Origin: Coniocarpon cinnabarinum
Lineage: Eukaryota
Direction: 5' to 3'
Assembly: GCA_051942205.1 (NCBI GenBank)
Contig: JAVECO010000113.1
Span: 56,607-76,606 of the forward strand
Length of the DNA: 20,000 nucleotides
Both the position numbers and the translations under genes were made by a program. Each line of letters starts with the position of its first letter. The first letter of the stretch is position 1. Of this stretch, positions 1 through 10,956 are shown piece after piece. The notes below the pieces were generated by a model, which was not told the origin of the DNA, searched no databases, and saw only the letters and a program-made list of their open reading frames with translations.

Positions 1-618
1 CTCGTCGCGACCTTGGTCTTAGCCGTGCTTGAGAGACTTGAGACAAGAGCGGTCTTCCCGACGGAGAACGAGGTACATATAGCCCACGCTGTTCTTCGTC
101 GTCGTCATCATCGGTAGCCGAGGGCAGGACTGTAATCTCAGGTCCGGCATTATTGCGTCTTCGAGGTCGTGAGGTGCCACGTTGACTGGGAAGAGAGGGC
201 ACTGGAGGAATCTCGCGCGTTGGAGGGGCTGGAGGCGGACTGCGCAATGAACCTCTCAAGTATGCGTGTGACAGAGGGTGCAAATGCGCAGATCGTGAGC
301 CATGTGGGTAGCGAACGGAGGCCTGACGGCGGATCGCAGATCTTGCGGCGCCATGTTGGGGAGTGAGATCGGCTGAAGGTTTTGCGACAGCAGTTGAAGA
401 GGTCGCCGCGCAACAGGTGCCGGAAGACTTGCGCTCAGAAGGTTCAACCCAGATAGCTTTGTGGTCCGAATGTCAGCAATGTCCAGCCACGATGATGAAA
501 GTCCGCGAATGCGGCTCCGCGACTCGACTTGGGCGCATGGGGCAAGCGCGCGTCTTGTTTCGGCGGCGCGTTGCGCGCGCAGGCGGTGCACAGAGGTTAG
601 GAACTTACGTAGACCCAT
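1..618 (-). CDS. Hypothetical Pro/Arg/Ser-rich disordered protein, 5' part (exon1 618-609, intron 608-457, exon2 456-<1; continues beyond window)
   Basis: ATG GGT CTA C|GTAAGT donor, GCTGAC branch and AAG acceptor join to a frame open to the window edge: MGLPIWVEPSERKSSGTCCAATSSTAVAKPSADLTPQHGAARSAIRRQASVRYPHG...PPPAPPTREIPPVPSLP...DDDDDEEQ. Missing from the ORF track because of the 10-nt first exon. Confidence 0.75.
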
Positions 619-875
619 GTCGGCAGCTCCCAAAATTCCGATGAGCAGAATGGCCGTGCTCGCGCGACCACAGCGACACCGGGAAGAGCACGCGAAGAGT
701 GGAGAGGGGATGAGTGGAGATGTAAGGATTGCAGACAGCAGAAACAAGAACGAATGTGAAAGCGTGGCAAGGACGCGGCGGGCGCGAAGAGGCGGAGCGG
801 GAGAGGCTGGCGCTCACTGTGACACTCGAGCCAATCAGCTTCCCTGACTCGCTCACCTCGAAAGTTGACCCCTCT

Positions 876-1109
876 CACGTGCCTTGCTCATCTTCTGAAA
901 CCCTTAGCCTGTGCGCAGCCCGGCCATTCACGTGATTTTCTCCCCCAACATACCTCTCTTGTTTTCTGTGCTTTCCCAACAGAGCTGCTGTCGTTGAAAC
1001 TGCTTTGAAGCGCACCAGCGACTGCAAGCATATTGAAAAGCAATGCATGAACCATCATCAACGTGTGGCGGTCAAACCCATGGCCGTCAAATCCAAAGAC
1101 GGCCACGTG
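876..1109. promoter_or_regulatory. Cluster of three CACGTG E-boxes (876-881, 929-934 within TCACGTGA, 1104-1109 within CCACGTGGG) upstream of the left-edge gene
   Basis: Motifs read directly; a CCAAT box is also at 831-835. Function is inferred from known fungal bHLH sites. Confidence 0.4.
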
Positions 1110-2307
1110 GGCAGTAATGGCATTGCTCAATGCGTGGACTAGCGTCAGAGAGAACTCCATTGAATTTGAATAGCTATTCGCTTCTCTTCAAGTCGGGTTT
1201 CTGAAAAGCAAGCCATCTTCGCACAAAAGAGAAAGAGTTTCCGCCTAGCATGAGGCCTGACTGGATCGCGCTTGGTGAAAACGTGAAAGCGTTATCCATC
1301 TCCAGCAGGCTGCATGGTATTTCCGTCGGTGTGCGTCAATGTCACATGGGTGTGTAGAAAGTCGTAAAGAACGTGATGACCGTCCAGTCGAGCGCGCGTA
1401 TTCCCAGTGCTGTGATATTATGGTAGGTGCTATTGAACACACGGGAGACTCCCGTCAGACCCAGAGATTCAGGTGCAACATCGACGTTCATAGTCACTGG
1501 AGCTGGCAGCGGTGATCTCGCAGATTCACAACGCAGGTATTTATGACCTCGACGAGAAGCGCTCTTGCTGTACATAACTGGAATGAAAACTCCTCGCTAG
1601 TGTCACATTATTAGTGACGTTGATCCTTGGAGTCTTTTGGTCGAACAGAGGCTGTGCTAGGCGTACATAAGCCTGTTGATTTCACTGTTAGCGGAGCAAA
1701 GGCTCTGTTAGTGAATAGCTCCCAAACGTACTACCATAGTGGAATGGCTGAACAACTTTCGAATGCTCTTTTGGGTCAGGTCTTAAGCCAATTCTCATAG
1801 CAATTTTGGCTTGGGTGGTTTAAGAACATGAGAAGACGTTGCACTGCGCGAAGGGCAGTACAATGCTTTTAAGACTGGAAAGGAGAAATAGATCGCCAGC
1901 TGGATGCTAAAAACATGCATGGGGCGGGGGTCCGTCTTACCGTCAGAATCAGCTCCGCTTTCCTTTTGCGTTTCTGACAGTAGACTTTGCTTAGCGGATG
2001 CATCAGCTGAACATTTGTCCAAATTTGGAAGATCAACGAGTGTTAAAGCCAGAGCGCTTGCGGTCACAGTGGCAGACTTTGCGCAAGAATCGGTGAGCGT
2101 ACATATAGCAGCATGGTGATCAAGTCTTCGCAACCAAACGTACGATCTCCCTACATAAACCTGGTATAGCGGGTACAGCGGCAGTGGCTCGTGCAGATGG
2201 TCCGTCTTGCAAATAATCAAAGAGAGAGAAGCGTGATGTAGGAGAAGCTCCAATAAGTCTGACTTTGCGACAGTCTGATGTATAGAGTCTGGGCTTTAAG
2301 GCTCTGC

Positions 2308-2337
2308 TGCCGGCATAATTGTTGCCGGCATAATTGT
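2308..2337. repeat. Perfect 15-bp tandem duplication (TGCCGGCATAATTGT x2)
   Basis: 2308-2322 is identical to 2323-2337. Confidence 0.9.
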
Positions 2338-3744
2338 ATGAGTGCGACTAAATCCGATTTAATGTTCGGACGACTCGCTAGATGAGATGGAATGAAAATG
2401 CTTTCTGTGCCCCAAAGGACTGAAGGCTTTGCAGCTTGTTCATCAGATACCGTCGTAGGCAAATGTATCGTCAACAGGTGGACAGTCATCATTCCACAAT
2501 GAAGCGAGAATGAGCTGCTTCCCTCAGTGCTTGACTCTATTTTGCTTTTGTCATCACTTGAACAGAGTTGCGTTCTTGTTTGATAAGTCCGACTTGTTTG
2601 ACCAAGCATCGGCGCATCACGAGCTTTGACATGTCCCGAAAGACAAGCCATGATGCCCTGACAGACTTGTGAGAAAAAAGGATGGGAATGGGCCCCTTGC
2701 CTCAAGAATAAGCCCCGTCGAGTAATCTGAGCAATCCCTCAGTAAGAGACACATCAGACAATCGCATAACTATCAACTTCGACGAAATGAGATGGACCAG
2801 TCGGTCGGAAACCAACTGCTCACACCGCATCTAGCACATTCACAGAGAGCATACCTCTCTCCCTCATCCGAACGTAAACCTCGTAAGGCGACGCTCAGCT
2901 CCTGACTGCGTCTCCTCACCATTTGATGAATGCAGACTCACTGACGTCTTCACAAGAGCGTGAGACCCAACCCGAAGGCCGGGCGAAGAAGACTCATATC
3001 ATCATCTTCCTCGGGGGTCGTGATCAGACTTCAGATTGCCGCAGACCTCTCCTGATGAGTGCAGGCGAACACAGTGCAGGCGGATGCTAAGTGAAGGGTG
3101 TGGTGAATGCGCACAGCGGTGCGTGTGGAGCCGCTATGCCGTGAGGCTGCTTCTATGGCGACGTGTTTCCACATTCCGATGGAGCAGCGGGCGGTCATCG
3201 CAAGACGGTGCGTGCGCTGCCATCGGGTGTCCGGGGACTTTCTCCCAAAGCCTATGTGATTTGAAAGACATCCGAAGACGACCTTTCTGTTTGTAAGCTT
3301 TGAATGCGATCTGTTGAGCAAGGGGTGTGGAGAGAAAAGAAAGTCGTTGCTCGTCGTAAAACAAATTCTTTTCATTTGATCCAAGACCGGGACGCTGGCT
3401 CGACTAATCGTGGCACCTCTTAGCTGCTACGTTGTGCGCTCTATTCACTTCAAAGTCAATGCGTCCTCTCTTCGACGCGTTTGTTTGCAACGATCTTTCC
3501 GCAATATTGCCCCCTCTTACCTACTCACGTTGAAACAATCCGCCGAAGTATCTTCTCTTGCCAATAAGCGTGTCGAAAAAGGGATCCCACACCCATAGAC
3601 TTTGATCAAACAATCAACTGAAGCATCGTCGTCTTGACAGCCACCGCCATCACGTCTTGGTTTGGCAACAACACACAACCCTTCGGTCAAACCGATCCTT
3701 CTCCCCCCTCTGACCTTCCCAGTCCTCTTCGTCGTCGGAACGCC

Positions 3745-4818
3745 ATGTCCTTATTCAGCGGCGGGCCCGCAGCTTCCAGCGCCAGCTCTGCTGTGGGCGA
3801 TCTTTCTAAGGATGTTGAAATCAAGGACGTGCCTGACGACAGCATCAGCTCTATCCGTTTCTCACCAACCGCCGAGCTCCTAGCTGCGTCATCATGGAAC
3901 AAACAGGTGCGAATATGGGAGATCAGCAACGACGGTCAAAGCAATCCCAGGACTCTATTGTCACACGAGGGCCCAGTATTGGACTGCGCTTGGAGTAAGG
4001 ACGGCACCAAGGTCTTTGGAGCAGGCACAGACAAGGCAGTACGAATGCTAGACCTGGGTGGGGGAGGCCAAGCACAGCAGGTAGCCGCACACGATGCACC
4101 AATCAAGTGCATTCAATTCGTGGACGTTAACGGCCAGGGCGTGCTAGTAAGTGGAGGCTGGGACAAGAAGATCAAGTACTGGGATCTGAGAAGCTCGAGC
4201 CCGATTGCGACACTCGACACACAAGACAGAATTTACACTATGGACAGTAAGGACAAACTTCTGGTAGTGGGAACCGCTGAGCGGTGGATCAACGTCGTGA
4301 ATCTCAATGAACCGCAGAAGTGGTACAAGAATATGCAATCTCCTCTGAAGTGGCAGACACGAGTGGTTAGCTGCTTTGCGGACGCCACCGGATTCGCTGT
4401 TGGCAGTATCGAAGGTCGCTGCGCAATTCAATACGTGGAAGACAAGGACAGCGCTTCCAATTTCAGCTTCAAATGCCATCGAATAACGCCTCCGAATCAA
4501 TCAAACATCGCCAACGTGTACGCAGTCAATTCCATCAGGTTTCATCCTGTGCTGGGCACATTCAGCACAGCAGGCAGCGATGGCACGTTTCACTTCTGGG
4601 ATAAGGACGCCAAGCACCGACTCAAAGGTTATCCTGAAGTCGGCCAGACGATTACAAGCACTGACTTCAATCGCAATGGTATGGTATTTGCTTATGCTGC
4701 TAGCTACGACTGGAGTCGTGGTTTCACAGGGCATCAGCCGAACGCGACGAACAAAATTATGTTGCATCCTATCACAGGTGAGGAATGCAAGCCCAGGAGG
4801 AACCCAGGCAAGAAGTAA
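3745..4818 (+). CDS. RAE1: Rae1/Gle2 WD40 poly(A)+ RNA export protein, 357 aa, intronless
   Basis: First ATG in GCCATGT context (MSLFSGG); WD40 repeats; family motifs PDDSISSIRFSP, SPLKWQTR, GSIEGRCAIQY, NFSFKCHR, GTFSTAGSDGTFHFWDKDAKHRLK, FAYAASYDWSRG. Confidence 0.95.
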   Translation: MSLFSGGPAASSASSAVGDLSKDVEIKDVPDDSISSIRFSPTAELLAASSWNKQVRIWEISNDGQSNPRTLLSHEGPVLDCAWSKDGTKVFGAGTDKAVRMLDLGGGGQAQQVAAHDAPIKCIQFVDVNGQGVLVSGGWDKKIKYWDLRSSSPIATLDTQDRIYTMDSKDKLLVVGTAERWINVVNLNEPQKWYKNMQSPLKWQTRVVSCFADATGFAVGSIEGRCAIQYVEDKDSASNFSFKCHRITPPNQSNIANVYAVNSIRFHPVLGTFSTAGSDGTFHFWDKDAKHRLKGYPEVGQTITSTDFNRNGMVFAYAASYDWSRGFTGHQPNATNKIMLHPITGEECKPRRNPGKK

Positions 4819-5425
4819 GCCCTGGATGATCGGAATTGTTCCAAAAGTCTCAAACGACTTCCTTGAGAGCCAATTAAGGTCACACTTGGCTTTTCAAATG
4901 TTGACCCCGCTCTTACCATGATACCAATGATAAATCTTTAGCCGGGATTGACGGACGCGCACGGTCGCATGCATGTGTGGAGGATTTAAAAGACTTAGCA
5001 GTGTTATTGTCGTGGTAGGTAGCCTTGGAGAAGATGGCATATACCCGAGCCTGACGGGCTATTGCAAGCAGCCCTGGTAGGAGTTTAGAAGAGACAGCTG
5101 AAAACTGCAAGCATAGCCGATGGGCGGTGACAAGTTCGGACGAAAGTGATGAAAATGAGCCTGACCGCAAGATTGAGCCGGCGCCCTGTACCACCTCTAT
5201 CTTCGGTCTGGACTTCAAAAGCAAATCTTGAAACACCTTCAACTTCCTCCCCGCACATCTTATTTGGACTTCATGCCATTGGAAATTGACCTCGTTGCCC
5301 TCAGTCTTTCACCGTCCCTGCGACCTTCGACATCTGCACCCTATTGATAGACGGTCTTTGCACAAGTCCATTCGTTACTAATGCACATTCATTGAGAGCA
5401 TTCTTCAGAGACCCTTCTTTTATGA

Positions 5426-6556
5426 ATGAACAGAGTAGCAATGGCTGACGCTCACTCAATCACACTCGCTCCAAGCGACGATGTCACCAAAACTCTCCAA
5501 GTCAGCTTCCAAGAAGTTGTACCCCCAATTCCATCACGCACGGTCGAAGCCGATCACTTGTACATCATCAAATTCATCTTGAATAACGGAGAATGTACAG
5601 CAAACGTCAACATGCAGTCGAGCATCTGCGCCCTCCTTCAAGCCACCACCTACGGCATGTGGGCCCTTTCTGGCAACCTCTTCAACCCTGATGCAAAATT
5701 CGAGAAGCTCGACCACGCACAGTCGAACATGATTAAAAGCACGAGAGCCAGCATTGAAGCAACGCTTGAAGAAATACGCTGCCCATTGATGCGTGCTCCT
5801 GCGAGTCCCATTGACTGCGATGTAATTGAAGGCCGCGCCAATGCTCATCGGCGGCTCAACAAGCTTGCAAAGGATATGAAAGCTGCCGGCGTGGAAGAGC
5901 TCGTCACCAAGCTCGAGGCAGCCCACGCCGCTCATTCCACTATCTTAGAAGAGCTGCATTCTCCAGAGTCACCAACGGCCAGACCCCAGGCCAAGCGAAG
6001 CTTCCTCAGATCCAGCATCTCCCGCCGCAGCTCCGTCTTCATGAGCGCCATCACCCGCTCCCACTTGCTCAAAACCGTGAGCGAGTCCACCACCGCACCA
6101 GAAGATGAACCACTTACTCCGCGCTCCAAACACACCCGTTCGCTCTCCTGGAAATCCGCCAAGGCCCTCATGTCCTCCGCAACAACGTCAATCTCGGAGA
6201 AAACAACAGAAATCCACATCCGCTCTTCGAGTCTCGAAAGCGCAACCGTGATCCCTCAATTCGCTGCCACCGTGTATCCCTTCACTTTCCCGCAGCAGCC
6301 GCAACGTCCGGTCTCTTTCCCTCAACAGCGCGGTAAAGAGAGTAAGTCTGCGATGCCGACGTCCGTTGAGATTGCGAAGCGTAGCATGCGTGAGCGGATC
6401 AAGAGTCGGTACGATAAGAGTGAGGTGCATTTCTCGGCCAGGGCCGCGGGGGAAATGGATTGGATTGAGCGGGTGGATCGGCTGGAGGATGCGATTGGGT
6501 TTAAGGCCCTTCCGCCGAAACGCTCGAGGAAGCAGGGTTCGCAGGCGTCGAGGTGA
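5426..6556 (+). CDS. Hypothetical 376-aa protein (helical N-terminal half, Ser/Thr/Pro-rich C-terminal half)
   Basis: Long uninterrupted ATG-initiated ORF with coding-like C/G third positions; no family recognised; start uncertain (ATG 5426 or 5441, or an upstream exon). Confidence 0.65.
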   Translation: MNRVAMADAHSITLAPSDDVTKTLQVSFQEVVPPIPSRTVEADHLYIIKFILNNGECTANVNMQSSICALLQATTYGMWALSGNLFNPDAKFEKLDHAQSNMIKSTRASIEATLEEIRCPLMRAPASPIDCDVIEGRANAHRRLNKLAKDMKAAGVEELVTKLEAAHAAHSTILEELHSPESPTARPQAKRSFLRSSISRRSSVFMSAITRSHLLKTVSESTTAPEDEPLTPRSKHTRSLSWKSAKALMSSATTSISEKTTEIHIRSSSLESATVIPQFAATVYPFTFPQQPQRPVSFPQQRGKESKSAMPTSVEIAKRSMRERIKSRYDKSEVHFSARAAGEMDWIERVDRLEDAIGFKALPPKRSRKQGSQASR

Positions 6557-7000
6557 TGCACTTGCTCTGCATCTTCGCTTGCAGTTCGCTTGCGTTTCAA
6601 GGGTGTGGATGATGTGTACTTCGAGTAGGGGATGGAGGTTCTCTTCTTCTAGGGCGCTGTTGCGATGACAGTCGCCATTCGTTTCTATCAACCTTTTTTA
6701 GAACGCGGAACATGGCAGTGGAAGGTCAGGGATGAATCTGTGGACTATAGTTGTCGAGCTGCGTAGTGAGAATGATTGAGGAGTTACAGTAGCTTGTTCA
6801 GTCATTGTTCACTGTCACACCACAATCGAAATACTCAAGCACGCTACAGTTGTTCAGTGAGAAGGTTTTTATCCGTCAACTTTTTTGTCTTCTCATGTGT
6901 GATCAAGTCTATGACCAGATGATGCAAAACGAGGTCCTGCAGTCCTGCACAGGGATCTCCTCTCGAGTCCAGAAAATCGCAAGACGACACAGGCGGCAGT

Positions 7001-7032
7001 GAATCGACCTCTAGCAGAATCGACCTCTAGCA
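7001..7032. repeat. Perfect 16-bp tandem duplication (GAATCGACCTCTAGCA x2) in the KEX1 3' flank
   Basis: 7001-7016 is identical to 7017-7032. Confidence 0.9.
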
Positions 7033-7086
7033 GTCAAGCACGGCTCTCAAGGTTCTCGGTATTCGTTTCAGAATCAAGCAGCATAC

Positions 7087-9011
7087 CTATCGATGTCCGT
7101 TTGCCTTCGCCAAACCCCTCCCTTCATCCTCGTCATCGCTACTCTCCCCACCAATGCTATACCTCTTCTCCCCATCCCGCACATGACTCAAATCATCCAG
7201 TTCCGCCTCATCGAAGTCCGCCGCTTCCAGGTCCCTCCTGCCCGGGGGTCCACCACCCTCATCCGGATCCACACCAACACCCACATATCCCATTCGCGCT
7301 CTCCTCCGCTGTCTCCAAATCCACCAGCCCCACACAGCGGCCGCGACCACCACAAAGAACAGCACAATCTCCCCGCTCTTCATATACGCCCGATTCTGCG
7401 CCGTCTTGACCTTGCCCGCTTGTTCCTCCTTGGCCTTGTCGGAGTCGGGATGGCCCCCAACGCTGACTTCCTTGCCTTTCTCGCCGTCTATGCGAGAGTC
7501 GGTGGGCTCGCCGCCGATGCTACCAATATCGACGCCCATGAAGCGGTCGAGCATGTCTCTTGACCTCCGCGGCCAATCAAAGGGCACCATGTGGCTTGCG
7601 TCGAAGAACCGCACGTACGTCAGATTCCGCGCGGACTGGTAGATACCAGCGGGTTTGCCTTCAAACGTCCAGTTACGTTTCGGCGCCCAGACGTCGCTGC
7701 TGGGTTCGGTCTCGAAGCCGGTGCCGTTGAGCCAGGATAAGCGGTGGATGAGCTGTTCGGTGCCAATGTGGTTGCAGATGAGATCTTTGTCGCCGGAGAA
7801 AAGCACGATGGGAACGCCGGCCTCGAGGATATCTGGTAAGAACTTGATGGACGGCGTGGAGTTGCGCGCTCTAAAATTGTCGGACACGGCGGCGGCGCAC
7901 TCACGCCAGCCCGTGTTCTTTTGAGGATCTACATTCAGCGCCTTGCGCACGTCATTGCGGCGGAGATACGGCGTCACGGTTGACAAGTCGGGGGGCCAGT
8001 TCATCCCACAGGACTGGTCGTCCCGGAGGCGGATGTCGTACATGTTGATGCATTGCTGGTCTTTGGGCTTCGAGCGGTCCATCGTGTCTGTCAGAAGCTC
8101 CTGCAAGATTTGTTCGCACACAGGCTCGTCGACTTTGTCTCCGCCGCCATGCGCAAGCTGCTTCAAGCATGCTGTCTGCTTGCGCTCGATGTTGTTGGCA
8201 AGTTGCGAACCCCGCTCGAGAAGGCCTTCTTCGTAGGAGAATTTGAGGTATGCGGGATATTGATCAGGCCCCGAGATCCAGCCATTGCCAATGAGTAGGC
8301 CGGCGAGATTCCAGGGAGCGGACCTCGAGGACGTGGCTCGTTTGTTGCGGTCTAGTATGGCGCGCGCGATGTAGGGGATGTGTTGACCAGCGTAGGATTC
8401 GCCAGCTATGTATAGCTAAGCGTCTTCTGTCAGTTCACAGATCATCGAGAAGCAAGAGCGCTGGGAAGACTCACATCGTCCTGCGCATACTCTGGAAATA
8501 TCTTCATCCACTCCTCTAGAAACTTGATAAACTGCGTCGCCATTTCGTCCAGCTCATGAAGGTAAGCATTCGTATCAACGTAGCTGAAACCGGTCCCAAC
8601 AGGATTGTCCACAAAGAGCAGGTTCGCAAATTCGTCCCAGCTGCCATTGTTGTATTCTAAATGTCCTCCTTCTCTTACACGATACGGGCCGACCTCCATC
8701 AGTGCGCCATCCATGCTGCTGCATCCTGGACCTCCGTTCAACCATATGACTGTCCGTTGCCTGTCTCCAATGTGACGATTTTGGTAGTGCCAGAAGAAAA
8801 GATTCCCATGCGCCTCTTCAGACACTTCGACGTGGCCAGCGTGCATTTTCAGCAGATCGCCGGCCGGCGCCCCGGGCAATGATTTGATGTAATAGTCCGC
8901 AGCGGTCTTGCCGGATGCCGCGAAGGCTGGTGTGCAGATCACCAAAAGGATGAGGAACAGGATGGACGTGAATATGGGTAGCCTGTCATGATTGCTGCGA
9001 GGGAGCTGCAT
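7087..9011 (-). CDS. KEX1: Pheromone-processing carboxypeptidase Kex1 (peptidase S10), ~621 aa; exon1 9011-8475, intron 8474-8416, exon2 8415-7087
   Basis: Signal peptide; [21 protein letters not shown]; splicing (GTGAGT..CTGAC..TAG) restores [14 protein letters not shown] (catalytic Ser); GDKDLICN (Asp); ASHMVPFD (His); C-terminal TM ([18 protein letters not shown]) and acidic tail. Confidence 0.95.
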
Positions 9012-10102
9012 CTTGGCCGGCGAAGCGCCGCCAGTGGTTGGCGAAGACACCTTCGAGCCGACTTGTCGAATAAAAAGGCGCTCCAGGCGGGACCTGGGTA
9101 CGCCGCGCTCAAAAGGAGTTCTGTTCCAGTAGCCGGTGTCACCTCATGATGGTGAACAAGCGGAATGGGAGGTGTCGAACAAGGCTTAAGCGGAGAACTT
9201 CGGAAAGCCAATGAGGCCGTCAATGAGTCGTTTGCGTCGTGAATCTGGGGAATTAAGGATATTTGGTGTATTGGGCAAGCGTTGGGGAGTACGCGTAGCC
9301 TCGTAGGTAGGTTGTCCAGCGGCCACGGACTGGGAGCGAGTCATGCACCGGCGAAGAGACGTGGCACTGCAAGGATCGCTGCTCCGTTTGTCCAGCTCTG
9401 TAGTCAGCCTTCACAGAGAGTCTGGAATATGTTCCCGAGGCTCCCACGAGCTCTACGTTGTATATATCGCTGAAAGATGAGGCTGGCATAGACTATTCAA
9501 CGCTCGACACGCTTTGGCTATTCAAGCACAAAGACGGTTGCGGCGAAACCCACAACGACCGAGATTTTGTGCCTGCTTCCACTCTCTCCACATTGGCCCA
9601 CGACCTTGAGCGCTGGACCGATCCAGTCTCTCCATGCCATTCTTGTGCAGCGCAAGACTCGTCATTCGGTCGTCCATCATGTCGCGCAAACAAATGCATC
9701 AAGTCCCATGCTTGCTAGGAGGCTGATCCCACTGTCCAAGACCGATTCGTAAGCTTCTCAGCAACCTTGTATGCTGGCACAGTAGGGTTAGATTGTGTCC
9801 AGCCACGTCATCAATAGGTGCTTGAGCAATGATATGGGTGTCGCCTCTGACATGCTCATTTCTTGTGCGTTCCTCCAGAGCGAAGCCAAAGATGAATCGT
9901 AATTTTTTGAGTTGCGGCACGTCTCTAAACTAGTCTTTCAACTCATCATTAAGAAATCACTCACGAGCGTGAACTCATGTCGTCCGCCACTGCCAGCCCA
10001 CCAATGCCGAGCTTCAACCTCCATATAATCCATGAATCTCGCAGCAGAAAGACTCTTTCCACAAATGCACAGACCGACCAGACGCAACGAGCACAGCGTG
10101 AG

Positions 10103-10956
10103 TCAATTGGCAAGTTCAAGGGGTTCTGACGAAGGACTCGTGGGAGGCGGATCAGGCCGATCATGCTGAACATTTTGTTCGGGTGCTTGACGACGGATGA
10201 AAAGCAGGATCGCGGGCAACATTGTCTAAAGAGATTATGACGGTCAGTAACGCTTGCACCTCCGCAACCGTTCGGGGGTTTGCGTAAAGTAAACTCACAA
10301 GGGCTGGATGGCCTGCCCAGCCTTCAGGCAGGTACCGACTAAACCAAACCGGTATGCTGCCAAAGAGCTTAATGGATTGGACCCGACCGTCTTCATCCCT
10401 AACTGATATTCCAAAGTCACACGTACGATTGTCTGGAAAGATAACGCGTGGACCATAGACGACGTGACGACCTGTGCGTTCAGCCGCTTCCGGACTTTGC
10501 GTACGGGCGGCAAAAATCACTCGTACATATCCCAACCGGCCACGGAATCGAAGTACCGGTACACCATTGACCATCTCCTCCAACTTCTCGATCCTTGTCT
10601 GCGTTCCTCGTACTTGTTGCCAAGCTCTTGCTTCAGTAGGCAAGTCCACCATGAAGTGACCAATCGAGGACTCGAGCCAAACGTTGAATGGCATGTTTTG
10701 CCGTGACGGAAGACGTATTCCAAGTACGTAAGTCCCTCTGAAGGCTGCCGTGCCAGATGTCAATTAGCCATCATTCAGTGGCAGATATACTCCATCAAGC
10801 AGTATGCTCACCAAGATAGCCAGGGTCGGCGGCTTCGTTCAGGCGCTCGCCGAGATGCAAAGAGGCTTTCCATAAAGCTTGATAGGGTAGAAAGACCTCA
10901 ATGTTCACTGCACCCGTATTTCTGAAAACCACCTTTGCCAATGCCGAGCGGCGCAT
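10103..10956 (-). CDS. Orphan 3-exon protein, ~237 aa; exons 10956-10812, 10744-10299, 10225-10103 (start tentative)
   Basis: Two phase-compatible introns with full signals (GTGAGC..GCTAAT..CAG, 67 nt; GTGAGT..CTGAC..TTTAG, 73 nt) join track ORFs 10795-10983 and 10161-10763 to a terminal exon ending ...SSEPLELAN*. Confidence 0.65.

Noticed and set aside
7195..7230. Kex1 tail ADFDEAE as an FFAT motif linking it to the nearby VAP
   Set aside because: Does not fit EFFDAxE; it looks like an ordinary acidic Kex1 tail.
6999..8298. Plus-strand ORFs overlapping KEX1 (136, 156, 97 aa etc.)
   Set aside because: Antisense shadows of a GC-rich coding sequence.
9012..9050. GTG-initiated extension of KEX1 from the ORF track
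   Set aside because: ATG 9011 already gives a normal signal peptide; a short open stretch is expected by chance.
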